DNA of 64,000 nt from an uncultured Candidatus Bathyarchaeia archaeon (GTDB lineage Archaea > Thermoproteota > Bathyarchaeia > Bathyarchaeales > Bathycorpusculaceae): the NCBI GenBank assembly GCA_964487415.1, contig CAZAPQ010000126.1, positions 2,320 to 66,319 of the forward strand, in the 5' to 3' direction. Positions 39,362 to 49,555 of this stretch are shown here, piece after piece (the stretch's first letter is position 1; every line of letters begins with the position of its first letter). Both the position numbers and the translations under genes were made by a program. The notes under the pieces were generated by a model. It ran no database searches and was not told the origin of the DNA. It was given only the letters and a program-made list of their open reading frames with translations.

Positions 39362-40150
39362 TTATCCTCCAATAACCCCCTCTTGAATTAGGGCTTTAAC
39401 AAGATTTTCAGCGATCTCCTTGGGGCTTTCTCCAGATATTTTTATCCTTTTTCGCTCAGTTTTTGGAGCCGAGACATCTATAACCTTTATAGACGGCGTT
39501 GCGCTTTTTTCACCCTTAAAATCGATATCTGCAAGAGTCCATGTGAGCAGCTCCTTCTTTGAGGCTTTAATAATATCCATTAATGTCGGCACTCTTGGAA
39601 CGTTAATCTCCTTTGTAACGGTTAACAATACGGGTGTCTTAACCATAATGACCTCTGAGCAGTCTTCAAGGCTTCTTTCAACTGTGAGGGTATTGCCTTC
39701 AAGGGTAACCTTACTTACATATGTAACTGCGGGGATCCCGAGGATCTCTGCTAGTCTAGGTCCCACCTGTCCTGAGTAGCTATCAATGCTTGCTTCTCCG
39801 CATAGAATAATATCAAAAGAGCCTATTTTCCTTATAGCTTCGGCAAGAATGTTCGAGATCATCATGGTGTCAGCGTTTTGAATGTTTGGATCCTGTATCT
39901 GAATAGCCTTATCGGCTCCCATGGCTAGTGCTTCTCTAAGTGCTGTGGAGGCATTTTCTGCCGTTGCTGTCAGGGCTATGACCTCTCCTCCATGTTTCAT
40001 TTTTATTTTAACAGCTTCCTCCAAGGCGTTCTTGTCAAAATCGCTTATTTTTCTTGGAGCGTCAGCTATTAACAATTTACGAGTAGCTGAGTCGACTTTT
40101 ATCTGGGACACGTCAATAGCATATTTGAGGCAAACAATTATTCGTGGCAT
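39362..40150 (-). CDS. etfB: Electron transfer flavoprotein beta subunit
   Basis: IIVCLKYAIDVS.., ILCGEASIDSYSGQVGPRLAE; 262 aa; 3-nt gap to etfA. Confidence 0.85.
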   Translation of the reverse strand: MPRIIVCLKYAIDVSQIKVDSATRKLLIADAPRKISDFDKNALEEAVKIKMKHGGEVIALTATAENASTALREALAMGADKAIQIQDPNIQNADTMMISNILAEAIRKIGSFDIILCGEASIDSYSGQVGPRLAEILGIPAVTYVSKVTLEGNTLTVERSLEDCSEVIMVKTPVLLTVTKEINVPRVPTLMDIIKASKKELLTWTLADIDFKGEKSATPSIKVIDVSAPKTERKRIKISGESPKEIAENLVKALIQEGVIGG

Positions 40151-40209
40151 AAGGTCACTCCATTTTTAGGGTGTGTAGCTAATTTCTACAATAAAGATAA
40201 AAGTAAACT

Positions 40210-41463
40210 TTACTTGTAGGGAACGTACTCCTTACCTAGGAGTTCCCTTCCGATGACTATTTTCTGTATGTTTTGTCCGCCCTCGGCGCCTACAACATAT
40301 GACATTACACCGCGCCACGCTGCCTCAAATAGGTACTCCTTTGTGTAGCCAGCGGCTCCAAACCAGATCATGGCCTTTTCAGCCGCTTTAAGGGCAAGGA
40401 ATGGGCCTTTCCATTTAACCATGGATATCCATTTGGCTATTTCTGTGGGCTTAAAAGTTTTTGCCTCTGAAACCTTCACTGGAAGCCCTTCCTCCTTGTA
40501 TCTTATGTCCTGCATCCAAGCCGTCTTCATAACCATAAGCTTTAGGGCCTCCATCTCCATGTATAATTCCGCTAATTCAAACTGTATTGCTTCATATTTC
40601 GCTAGGGGCATTCCGAAAACTTTCCTGTCCTTTATGTAGGGAATGGCATCATCTAAAATGCGTCGTGTTGCCCCCGCACAGCTTGCTCCTATCATAAGTC
40701 TAGCATTATCAAACCCCTCCATGGTGTAGTAGAACCCCTTGCCAACCTCTCCAAGTCTATACTCATCTGGAATCTTTACATCCTTCATTACAAAGCCACC
40801 TGTGGAGATGGCCATTCTGCCAGCATCCCTATAGGGTTCTATAACTTCAACTCCTTCAGCATCAATAGGTACAAAGAAGGCTGTGATGTTACGGTGTGGT
40901 GCTTCAGGTATTACTGGCCCCGTCCTTGCGTTAACCCAGTAGCCTCCTCCCCACAGCTTAGCCTCTTCAGTTCCACTTATGAAAGTTTTCTCGCCATTCA
41001 AAATCCAGTAGTCGCCTTCTTTTCTCGCGGTTGTCCTATGTCCAGCAACATCCGACCCGCCTATAGGCTCGGTTGCACCTATGCCAACGAATTTTTCTCC
41101 CCTTATCGCTGGTTTTACGTACTTTTCTCTTACAACTTCAGAGCAGTACCTGTTAATCGTGAAGCCCCACCCAGTTTCAACAGCCATGAACCCTGCAGCA
41201 GTGGCGACTGTTGGGTCGTAGTACCCTATAACTTCGGCTATGAGGGCTTGAGTTTTCCAGTCTAGGCCTAGCCCCCCATGTTCTTGCGGCACTGTGCCCA
41301 TTATAACGCCTAAACTCGCCAGGCCTTCAACGATATCTTTAGGATAAGGATGTCCTTTGTCGTCCATTTCTCTGACGCGCTCAGGTGTTAAATGTCTCTC
41401 ACACCATTCCTTTACCGCTTTAACCATGAGTTTCTGCTCTTCAGTTTCCGTAAAATCATACAT
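40210..41463 (-). CDS. Acyl-CoA dehydrogenase
   Basis: ACAD N/M/C domain pattern (GATEPIGGSDVAG, WILNGEKTFISG, C-terminal GGQNIQKIVIGREL); start set at ATG 41463. Confidence 0.85.
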   Translation of the reverse strand: MYDFTETEEQKLMVKAVKEWCERHLTPERVREMDDKGHPYPKDIVEGLASLGVIMGTVPQEHGGLGLDWKTQALIAEVIGYYDPTVATAAGFMAVETGWGFTINRYCSEVVREKYVKPAIRGEKFVGIGATEPIGGSDVAGHRTTARKEGDYWILNGEKTFISGTEEAKLWGGGYWVNARTGPVIPEAPHRNITAFFVPIDAEGVEVIEPYRDAGRMAISTGGFVMKDVKIPDEYRLGEVGKGFYYTMEGFDNARLMIGASCAGATRRILDDAIPYIKDRKVFGMPLAKYEAIQFELAELYMEMEALKLMVMKTAWMQDIRYKEEGLPVKVSEAKTFKPTEIAKWISMVKWKGPFLALKAAEKAMIWFGAAGYTKEYLFEAAWRGVMSYVVGAEGGQNIQKIVIGRELLGKEYVPYK

Positions 41464-41644
41464 GCATTTTCCCAACCATCTTATCTTGAAGATGCATCTT
41501 CTAATTAAGCATATATAAAAGGTTATCGATAACTTAAAAGTAGCGTGGCATTAACCTTAATCAGATTCTTTAAAGCAACTTGATATTCAGTTTTTTGCTT
41601 AAAATCAGGGCTAACGCGTAAATTTTCTCTATTCTAGCTTCAGC

Positions 41645-42148
41645 CTAATAAACAGATACTTTAGCAACACCCTTTATCTTTAAGAATTCTGGAATAAGCT
41701 CTCCAGGAATTTTCCTCTCTGCAATAAGGGTGAGCTTTGGTTCGGGTGAAAGTTCAGGGTCATCAACTATCGCCTGCCTAATACTTAATCCATTTTTTGC
41801 TAAAATCATAGCCGCGTTCGCTAAAATACCTGGAATTTTAGCGTCAACCGGTGTTATTTCAACAACTCCGAAGTTAAGATGTCTTGCGACCTCCTTTAGT
41901 GAGTGTCCTGCAGAACGTAAACTTTCAAAAATTAAGCGTAGCTCCTGAATATTTTGTATCGTAGCGATTGTTTCGTTAACCGTTCGCCTGTCAACACCTG
42001 CGACTCTAGCAACACGTACTGGTGGAACTTCAATCTCGTTAAGATAAATTTTTCCAGATCTTACACTTAACCCATTTTCCACTAAAACTCGAGCTACCTT
42101 AAGTCGTTCGGGGTATTTGTCCAAATGTTTTTTAATGTTATTCCACAT
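41645..42148 (-). CDS. ACT-domain regulator of amino-acid metabolism (COG2150-like) with N-terminal HTH
   Basis: The ORF-track N-terminus is hydrophobic and looks spurious, so ATG 42148 (MWNNIKKHL) is used. C-terminal ACT-like GVVEITPVDAKIPGILANAAMILAKNGLSIRQ. Confidence 0.55.
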   Translation of the reverse strand: MWNNIKKHLDKYPERLKVARVLVENGLSVRSGKIYLNEIEVPPVRVARVAGVDRRTVNETIATIQNIQELRLIFESLRSAGHSLKEVARHLNFGVVEITPVDAKIPGILANAAMILAKNGLSIRQAIVDDPELSPEPKLTLIAERKIPGELIPEFLKIKGVAKVSVY

Positions 42149-42303
42149 TTTGCGTCTGAAATATATTATCATAACCGAGCATAGATAAATTTTCATTCTC
42201 TATGTCATGGCTGAGCAAGCGAGCTTATGAATGTACAAAATTGTACTCAAAAGACTTAAATAGAGCCTAAACGTTCAACTTAACAAATCTGAGGTGAAAA
42301 GCT

Positions 42304-43701
42304 TTGCCTCCAAGGAAAATCATCTTGAACGATGAAGAGGTCCCTAAACAGTGGTACTGCATACTTCCAGATTTGCCCAAACCATTGCCGCCGTTCATTG
42401 ATCCTGAAACAAGAGCGCCAGGAGGAGGGGTTGCTCCAAAGATTTTTCCAAAGCAGATTCTTGCTCAGGAATTTAGCCAGGAAAGATGGATAGATATACC
42501 TGAAGAGGTGAGGGAAGTTTACAGGCTATGGCGGCCAACTCCACTATATCGGGCTGTGAGGCTTGAAGAGGCGCTTAAAACGCCTGCAAAAATCTATTAC
42601 AAGTATGAGGGTGTAAGCCCGCCGGGGAGTCATAAGCCAAACACCGCGGTTGCCCAAGCCTACTATAACATGAAAGAGGGCATAAAGCGACTTGCAACTG
42701 AGACTGGTGCTGGCCAGTGGGGTTCCGCTTTGGCTTTTGGTTGTATGATGTTTGGTTTAAAGTGTACAGTTTACATGGTTAAAGTAAGTTACCAACAGAA
42801 ACCCTATAGAAGGGTTATGATGGAGTCCTTTGGTGCTGAGGTCTATCCAAGCCCAAGTGATAAGACGGAAGCAGGGAGGAAGATTCTCAAGGAGGATCCT
42901 AATAACCCTGGCAGCTTAGGTATCGCAATAAGCGAGGCTGTTGAGGATGCCTTAGTTCATGAGGATACCAATTATGGTATAGGAAGTGTCTTCAATCATG
43001 TTCTTCTGCACCAAACGGTAATCGGGCTTGAAACCAAAAAACAGATGGAAATAGCCGGAGAATATCCTGATGTAATTTTCGGATGCATCGGAGGTGGAAG
43101 CAGCTTTTCAGGTCTCTTCTGGCCATTCTATTATGACAAAGTTTCCAAAAAAGCTCCTAAGGATGTCAAGTTTGTAGCTGTAGAACCCACGGCATGTCCA
43201 TCCGTAACTAAAGGCGAATACACATATGATCATGGAGACACTGCTAGGATAACACCTTTAGTGCCTATGCATACGTTGGGGCATGATTATATCCCTCCAC
43301 CAATTCATGCTGGAGGTCTACGTTACCATGGAATAGCTCCAACCATAAGCCTCCTCGCATCGACCGGTAACCTTGAAACGGTGGCTTATAATCAAGTCGA
43401 AGTGTTCAATGCTGCGAAAATCTTCATTCAAACCGAGGGCATAATCCCAGCGCCAGAGCCTGCCCATGCCATAAAGGCTGCCATAGACGAAGCCTTAAGA
43501 TGCAAGAAGACGGGAGAGGAAAAGGTCATCCTCTTCAACTTATGCGGTCACGGTCACTTCGACATGCAAGCCTACGCTGACTTTCTAAGCGGCAAACTAG
43601 AACCCTACGAGTACCCGGCTGAAAAAGTTGAGGAAGCCATGCAGAGACTCAGGAAACTATATCCATGGCTTGATGAGGCTAAAAATAAGTACATCAGATA
43701 A
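42304..43701 (+). CDS. trpB: TrpB2-type tryptophan synthase beta-like PLP enzyme
   Basis: [32 protein letters not shown] (PLP lysine), GGGSSFSG; 465 aa as for long TrpB2. TTG start behind GAGGTGA. Confidence 0.85.
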   Translation: MPPRKIILNDEEVPKQWYCILPDLPKPLPPFIDPETRAPGGGVAPKIFPKQILAQEFSQERWIDIPEEVREVYRLWRPTPLYRAVRLEEALKTPAKIYYKYEGVSPPGSHKPNTAVAQAYYNMKEGIKRLATETGAGQWGSALAFGCMMFGLKCTVYMVKVSYQQKPYRRVMMESFGAEVYPSPSDKTEAGRKILKEDPNNPGSLGIAISEAVEDALVHEDTNYGIGSVFNHVLLHQTVIGLETKKQMEIAGEYPDVIFGCIGGGSSFSGLFWPFYYDKVSKKAPKDVKFVAVEPTACPSVTKGEYTYDHGDTARITPLVPMHTLGHDYIPPPIHAGGLRYHGIAPTISLLASTGNLETVAYNQVEVFNAAKIFIQTEGIIPAPEPAHAIKAAIDEALRCKKTGEEKVILFNLCGHGHFDMQAYADFLSGKLEPYEYPAEKVEEAMQRLRKLYPWLDEAKNKYIR

Positions 43702-43795
43702 CTTTTTTCAACATTTTATTCCCCTTTATTTTAATAGTAATCGCTGTGCAATATATAATTCAGTTAAAATCAAAACACTATCTATTGTGGGAATC

Positions 43796-44920
43796 GTGGA
43801 GAACAAAAAGGTGAAAATTTTAGGTTTCATTGTTAATCCTATTGCTGGAATGGGCGGAGCTGTAGGCTTAAAGGGCACAGACGGCGATGCAGTTCTAGAG
43901 AAAGCCATAGTTCTTGGAGCCAAACCTGTAGCGCCAGCGAGGGCATTAAGATTCCTAATTGAACTCAAGCCCTTCATGGAAAAGATTAAGCTGATCACGG
44001 GAGCTGGTGCGATGGGGGAAGATGAAGCCAAAAAATGCGGGTTCCAATGCACTGCTGTGGGGAAGCGAAAAGAGAAGACCAGCGCAAGGGATACCATGGA
44101 GATTGCGAGATCCATTAAAGGAATGGGCGCGGCGCTTCTTGTGTTCTGTGGTGGTGATGGAACCGCCCGGGACATATACAACGCCGTAGGCATGGGTATC
44201 CCCGTTTTAGGAGTACCCAGTGGAGTGAAAATGCACAGCGCAGTATTTGCCGTTGACCCACAGGCTGCAGCGAGAATTGTTGCAAAATTCATTTTTGAAG
44301 GTCTTCCCCTAAAGGAAGCTGAAGTTATGGATGTTGATGAAGAGGCTTTTAGGCAGGGTCGCGTCTCCGCTGAGCTATATGGATATGTTCTAATTCCATA
44401 TGAGCCATATCTAATTCAAGATGCTAAAATGGCAAGTCCAATGACCGAAAGCGAGCTTAGGAATCAAGCTGCAATAGCCATATATATTATCGAGAACATG
44501 GAGCCAGATGCAGTTTACATCATTGGGCCTGGAACAACAACCCGGACAATAGCCGACCTATTGGATGAAAGTAAAACCCTCTTAGGCGTTGATTTGTTCC
44601 TTAACAAGAAAATGATAGCCAAGGACGTAAATGAGAAACAGGTATTGGAAGCTATTGAGGGAAGAAAAGCCTACATAATCGTCACGCCTATAGGCAGGCA
44701 AGGTTTCATCTTTGGGAGGGGAAACCAGCAAATAAGCTCGAAAGTGATTCGCAAAGTAGGCTTAGATAACATAATAGTGGTTGCAACTAAAAGTAAGCTG
44801 GAGAACCTGAGAAGTTTAAGGGTTGACACGGGTGACCAAAGACTGGATGAAGAATTTCGAAAACGTAAAATCAAGGTGATAATTGACTACAAGATGGAAC
44901 GTTTGATGCCTGTAGAATAG
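43796..44920 (+). CDS. ATP-NAD kinase-like protein (COG3199/AcoX-like)
   Basis: LGFIVNPIAGMGGAVGLKGTDG and FCGGDGTARD. The start is moved to GTG 43796 because the ORF-track start overlaps trpB2. Confidence 0.6.
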   Translation: MENKKVKILGFIVNPIAGMGGAVGLKGTDGDAVLEKAIVLGAKPVAPARALRFLIELKPFMEKIKLITGAGAMGEDEAKKCGFQCTAVGKRKEKTSARDTMEIARSIKGMGAALLVFCGGDGTARDIYNAVGMGIPVLGVPSGVKMHSAVFAVDPQAAARIVAKFIFEGLPLKEAEVMDVDEEAFRQGRVSAELYGYVLIPYEPYLIQDAKMASPMTESELRNQAAIAIYIIENMEPDAVYIIGPGTTTRTIADLLDESKTLLGVDLFLNKKMIAKDVNEKQVLEAIEGRKAYIIVTPIGRQGFIFGRGNQQISSKVIRKVGLDNIIVVATKSKLENLRSLRVDTGDQRLDEEFRKRKIKVIIDYKMERLMPVE

Positions 44921-44972
44921 CAACCCCTTTAAATGATTAGACTTAAAGAACAAGCCGTTAAGAGGCGGTAAA

Positions 44973-46091
44973 ATGATTTCCATAAATGCTCCACAAATAG
45001 GCGAAGAGGAAATTGAAGCCGTTGTCAAAGTTCTGAAAAGCGGGATTCTTACGAATGCCCTTGGCGAGGGACCCATGGTTAAACGTTTTGAAGAGGAATT
45101 TGCGAAATTTGTGGGTGTAAAACATGCATTAGCCGTCAATAGCGGAACAGCCGCGCTCCACATGGCTGTGTCCAGCGTTGGCGTTAACCCTGGCGATGAA
45201 GTGATTCTTCCAAGTTTCACATTTGTGGCTACTGCTGAGGCTGTGGTTTTAGCGGGTGCTAAACCAGTTTTCGTGGACATTGACCCGGTTACGTATAACA
45301 TTTCTCCAGAGAGAATCCGAGAAGCTGTGTCGAGGAAAACTAAGGCGATAATCGCTGTGGACCTCTACGGTTTACCAGCTCAATTAAAGCCCATAAAAGA
45401 AATAGCTGAAGAATATGGCTTGGCGGTTATTGAGGATGCAGCTCAAGCTCACGGCGCGCTTTATGAAGGAAAGCCTGTAGGAGCCTATGCAGATGTTGCA
45501 TGCTGGAGTTTCTATGCTAGTAAAAATATGACCACTGGGGAAGGTGGAATGCTGACGACGGACAATGATGAAATAGCTGAAAAATTGAGGTTGCTAAGGT
45601 GCCATGGCGAGAAAGAGAAATATCATTCAGTAATTCTGGGCCACAATTACCGTATGCCCGAAATCCAAGCTGCAATAGGCTTGGTTCAATTGGCCAAGTT
45701 GCCCAAGTTTCTAGCGAGGAGACGAGAAAACGCGGATAGACTCACCGAGTTGCTTAGTTACGGGAAAGAGGATTTGCAGCTGCCTATAGAACCTGAAAAT
45801 TGTAGAAGTAGCTGGTACCTCTACACTGTTAGGCTTAAGGGCGCCAATGTTGCGAAAAGAAATGCTGTTGTTGCAAAGCTAAGAAGCAAAATGGTGGGCG
45901 CTGAAGTTTACTATCCTCTCCCAATACATCTTATGCCATATTACAAGCAGTTTGGAAAGTTTAGACTTCCAGAAACTGAGGCGGCTTCCTCTCAGGTATT
46001 CTCGCTTCCGATACATCCAGGTGTTACCACAGAGCAAATAGATTTCATAGGCAAAGTTGTCTTAGAAACAATTCGACAGACGTCAACATAA
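44973..46091 (+). CDS. DegT/DnrJ/EryC1/StrS-family PLP aminotransferase
   Basis: EFAKFVGVKHALAVNSGTAALH, SFYASKNMTTGEGG (PLP lysine); 372 aa. Confidence 0.8.
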   Translation: MISINAPQIGEEEIEAVVKVLKSGILTNALGEGPMVKRFEEEFAKFVGVKHALAVNSGTAALHMAVSSVGVNPGDEVILPSFTFVATAEAVVLAGAKPVFVDIDPVTYNISPERIREAVSRKTKAIIAVDLYGLPAQLKPIKEIAEEYGLAVIEDAAQAHGALYEGKPVGAYADVACWSFYASKNMTTGEGGMLTTDNDEIAEKLRLLRCHGEKEKYHSVILGHNYRMPEIQAAIGLVQLAKLPKFLARRRENADRLTELLSYGKEDLQLPIEPENCRSSWYLYTVRLKGANVAKRNAVVAKLRSKMVGAEVYYPLPIHLMPYYKQFGKFRLPETEAASSQVFSLPIHPGVTTEQIDFIGKVVLETIRQTST

Positions 46092-46288
46092 TTATATTTT
46101 AACCCCCATGGTGAAAGCTTGTTCGAGCTATTAGAAAAAATAAGTGTCAGCCTGTCTTCATTAAATACAAGCATTAAAATGTTAACGGCTCATAGTTGTT
46201 GAGAATTATACATTAACAGTAAAGGTAAAATATAAGCAGCCCGCCATATAAAGGCGCATCCAGTTTAAGGGATGATTTTATTGGTGTA

Positions 46289-46678
46289 TTGAAGATGAAA
46301 AGTGAGGGGTTTGAAGTTTCAAGGGTAAAGGTGAGGTTTGCGGTTGAAGGTTTAGGAGAGGCTGAAGGTGAACTCATTCGCTATTTGTCTCCGAGAACCG
46401 TTGATGCCATCGTCAGAAAGCTGCCTTTTGAAGGACGGGCAGCCATCTGGAAAGAGGAGGTCTACTTTGAAATTCCGGTGCGGATGGGTGAGGAAAAAGC
46501 AAAAAGCACCGTGGAAAAAGGAACTATTGCATTTTGGCCTATGGGAAGCGCCCTATGCATATTTTACGGCAATTCCCAGCCCTACAGCCCAGTTAACATT
46601 ATAGGCAAAGTGACTAAAAACCTTGAATTATTCAATAAAGTTAAAAGTGGATCAATAATCAAGGTGGAAAAGTTATAG
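46289..46678 (+). CDS. Cyclophilin-like fold protein (TM1367/PF04126-like)
   Basis: 129 aa. GTIAFWPMGSALCIFYG..PVNIIGKV pattern (from memory). Confidence 0.5.
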   Translation: MKMKSEGFEVSRVKVRFAVEGLGEAEGELIRYLSPRTVDAIVRKLPFEGRAAIWKEEVYFEIPVRMGEEKAKSTVEKGTIAFWPMGSALCIFYGNSQPYSPVNIIGKVTKNLELFNKVKSGSIIKVEKL

Positions 46679-47107
46679 GAAAACGCTGTCATTCCAACTT
46701 TTTAAGAGCCTTTCACATTCATTCGCGACTTCTCTACTTCGACACTTTTGCCTCAGCTTTTCAAGAAACTCTATACGTTTTTCTACGGAGCGCCTTTCCG
46801 CATCCCCGCCATAATAAAGTTTTCCCTCCAGATATTCTTTCATATGGTAAGCTTTTTGTATAAATAAGCTGGCGGCATCCACTGGATTCTGCACCGCATA
46901 TTTATTGGCCCAAATTTTGGCCTCAGCCTCGCGGAGCTGAGTGAAACCATCGATTTCTTTGATCTCTCTAATATATTTCGTAAAAAAGTCATAGTATCCT
47001 GCTTTTTTAATAAGGTCTAGCGCAGCTTTTACCTTTAACTTGAATTCGGCGCTTCCATCAATTTGTATGCGACGCTTAGATTCCTTTTTTGAGGTTTGTG
47101 TCGACAA
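46673..47107 (-). CDS. Hypothetical protein
   Basis: 144-aa helical, charged ORF; no family recognised. Confidence 0.35.
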   Translation of the reverse strand: MSTQTSKKESKRRIQIDGSAEFKLKVKAALDLIKKAGYYDFFTKYIREIKEIDGFTQLREAEAKIWANKYAVQNPVDAASLFIQKAYHMKEYLEGKLYYGGDAERRSVEKRIEFLEKLRQKCRSREVANECERLLKSWNDSVFL

Positions 47108-47188
47108 TTCTGCCTTCCACTTGTGGTTTTACGCGCTTAAACTATCCTGGATTCTGAAGAACCCTCAAGCTAGCAATAAAAGATGAAG

Positions 47189-47512
47189 TTAGTCTACACT
47201 GTAAATTTTGATGTGGTGGTTCCCAGAAATCAGTTTTATTACACCGCCATCTTCCAGACTTTCAAGAAGATCTTTTGCTGCACTTATCCTTAGATTGAAT
47301 CGTGAAGCTACGGTATATGGGGTTAAGACACGCATTTTCTTTAACTCTTCAACAATTTTTTCGCTTTTAATATCTGGAAGAAGAATTCCTGCCGGCTTTT
47401 TCTCTTTTTCTGCAGTTTTTCCCTTCTCTTTTTCCTTTTGCTGCTTCTTAGCTTCTTCTCGCATTTGCATCTTTTCCATTTGTTTCAGGGATAGTTTCTT
47501 TTTTCCACCCAT
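47189..47512 (-). CDS. rps25e: Ribosomal protein eS25
   Basis: Lys-rich N-terminus followed by VLTPYTVASRFNLRISAAKDLL. Confidence 0.8.
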   Translation of the reverse strand: MGGKKKLSLKQMEKMQMREEAKKQQKEKEKGKTAEKEKKPAGILLPDIKSEKIVEELKKMRVLTPYTVASRFNLRISAAKDLLESLEDGGVIKLISGNHHIKIYSVD

Positions 47513-47615
47513 CCATATCCCTCTAGAACCTGATGCAGATATGCATTTCAGCCTCTTATATTCATTACTTTAAATGGGCTTAACATGGCATGAAAAAGAA
47601 GGTGGGGAAAGAAGT

Positions 47616-47837
47616 TTACCTTCCCAGAACTTTCCTTGTTGCGATTTCGATATCCTCAGCCTTTATAGTTTTTCTTCCTGTATGCATCGCAAAATCAAGG
47701 GCTTCCTTAGCTATTTTTATCCCTATTTCTTCTAGCGCTTTGGCCAATTCTCGGGCCGCTGCTTCACTTACCCTCTCAGCTCCAGCCTTCTTGCATAACC
47801 TATGCATGGGAGCAATTGCCAATTCCAAGTTTGCCAT
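47616..47837 (-). CDS. Archaeal histone (HMf family)
   Basis: 73 aa. [48 protein letters not shown] histone fold. Confidence 0.85.
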   Translation of the reverse strand: MANLELAIAPMHRLCKKAGAERVSEAAARELAKALEEIGIKIAKEALDFAMHTGRKTIKAEDIEIATRKVLGR

Positions 47838-47996
47838 AAAGTCTCCTCCAGTGGCTCCTTTTTATATTTAAAGCAATATTTAACGTTTATTGAATAGAAG
47901 ATTCAAAAATCTGACGTATATACTTTTGTCCATGGGAAGCCTAATATTATACTTAAATATTATGTGCATTATGTATCCAGCTTAAGGGACTGTCTA

Positions 47997-48782
47997 ATGG
48001 AGCTTCAATATGTCGATGCTCACATACACCTTTCAGATGAGGAATATTCAGAAATAATTGGAGATATTGTGGAAGAAGCCAGGAAATCAAACGTCAAAGC
48101 CTTAGTTTCAAATTCTATGGATCTGAATACAAGCATCAAAAGCATGGAATTCGCCAAAAAATATCCGCGGCTGGTTTATGCTGCTTTAGGAATTCATCCA
48201 TGGAATGTAAATGTTTTAAGAGAAGATGAACTCTACAGGACTTCCGCGTTCATCCTTAAAAATCGGCGAGACGACGCAGTGGTGGCTATTGGAGAGATAG
48301 GATTAGACTTTAAATACAAGAATATCTGGGAAAAGCAATTACATGTTCTCAACGAAATGTTACATCTGGCCGAGAGATTAGATTTGCCTGTCATAATTCA
48401 CTCCCGCGGAACAACACAGGAAATTGTTGAAATGCTTCCCTCCTACGACATTAAAAAGGTTCTATTGCACTGGTTTAGCAATCCAATACGTCTGCTATCT
48501 AAAATTATAGAAAGAGGTTACTACATAACCGAAGGCCCTCCTGCGGTATATTCTAGTAATATACGTGAAATCATTCAAAGGACACCTCTCGAAAATTTTC
48601 TAACAGAGACGGACGGACCAGTTCGCTATTTTAAAAGTCCATTTCATGGCAAGCTGACAACCCCCGCGTTCGTTCCGATGGTTGTTCAAGCTGTGGCAGA
48701 GATAAAGAAGATGAGCGTGGCCGATGTTGCAGAAAAAGTGGTGAAGAACTTTGAGAATTTTTTCGGAGTAAGCATTGTTTAA
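47997..48782 (+). CDS. tatD: TatD-family metal-dependent hydrolase
   Basis: YVDAHIHL, GEIGLDF, IHSR, ETDGP motifs; start set at ATG 47997. Confidence 0.8.
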   Translation: MELQYVDAHIHLSDEEYSEIIGDIVEEARKSNVKALVSNSMDLNTSIKSMEFAKKYPRLVYAALGIHPWNVNVLREDELYRTSAFILKNRRDDAVVAIGEIGLDFKYKNIWEKQLHVLNEMLHLAERLDLPVIIHSRGTTQEIVEMLPSYDIKKVLLHWFSNPIRLLSKIIERGYYITEGPPAVYSSNIREIIQRTPLENFLTETDGPVRYFKSPFHGKLTTPAFVPMVVQAVAEIKKMSVADVAEKVVKNFENFFGVSIV

Positions 48783-48902
48783 TTTTTCCATTCCGTAAAT
48801 TTAACGTTAGGAACGGTAAGGTTAAATCGTACTTGCAGTTTTATGAATGTTCACCTACAACTACATGCAATCGAAGGCGAAGCCTCAGGAGGATTTAAAA
48901 GT

Positions 48903-49124
48903 TTGGGAAATGTTCGAACGGAGCAAGTTAAACGCATAGCCAAAGAACTTATTAAAAGATTTCCAAATAGGTTCTCCAACAACTTCGAAGAAAACAAACG
49001 TGTGATTTCCCTTTTTCTGCAAGGAGCAACTCCAAGGGTGCGAAATCAGATAGCAGGGTATATAACCAGCATCTATTCTGGTATGCGATTGTCCGCGGTT
49101 AAGGCTTCGGAGAAGAACGAGTAA
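48903..49124 (+). CDS. rps17e: Ribosomal protein eS17
   Basis: The TTG start behind GGAGGA gives MGNVRTEQVKRIAKELIKRFP, the typical eS17 N-terminus. Confidence 0.85.
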   Translation: MGNVRTEQVKRIAKELIKRFPNRFSNNFEENKRVISLFLQGATPRVRNQIAGYITSIYSGMRLSAVKASEKNE

Positions 49125-49162
49125 CATTATTAAAGTTGCATAACTCCTTATTATGAATTGTA

Positions 49163-49552
49163 ATGTGGAGCTTGGGGATTATGATTGATCAGTATAGGCG
49201 TGGATGGGCCTTAAGGTATCTACGAGAGGCTAAAGCTGAACTTGAGGCTGCAAGAGAAATGCCATACATGGCTCAGGGACTTATTATCGAAGCCATTAGG
49301 AAGGCTAGAAATGCCATTTATTACAGTTTAGGCGAACCATCCCTTATAGAGGGCATAGTAAGAGAGGCAGCAGAAAACATGGAGGGCAAGCTTGACCCGA
49401 TTTTAAAGTGCTTAGTGGAAATGGAGGAAACTCTTCACCAATTTACATATGTAGAGGATATGGATAAAGAAAAAACTTTGAAACGGGCAAGCGCCCTTAT
49501 ACAATTAGCCTCAGAGATTGTTGAAACCATAACGGGTGAAAAAGTAGACTGA
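49163..49552 (+). CDS. Hypothetical helical protein (HEPN-like?)
   Basis: 129-aa all-helical-looking ORF; no catalytic motif recognised. Confidence 0.35.
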   Translation: MWSLGIMIDQYRRGWALRYLREAKAELEAAREMPYMAQGLIIEAIRKARNAIYYSLGEPSLIEGIVREAAENMEGKLDPILKCLVEMEETLHQFTYVEDMDKEKTLKRASALIQLASEIVETITGEKVD

Positions 49553-49555
49553 ATG

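Noticed and set aside
43628-43795. The upstream extension of the ATP-NAD-kinase-like ORF.
   Set aside because: It overlaps the trpB2 3' end by 74 nt and translates to non-conserved-looking sequence. GTG 43796 (or 43787) immediately precedes the conserved KILGFIVNPIAGMGG.
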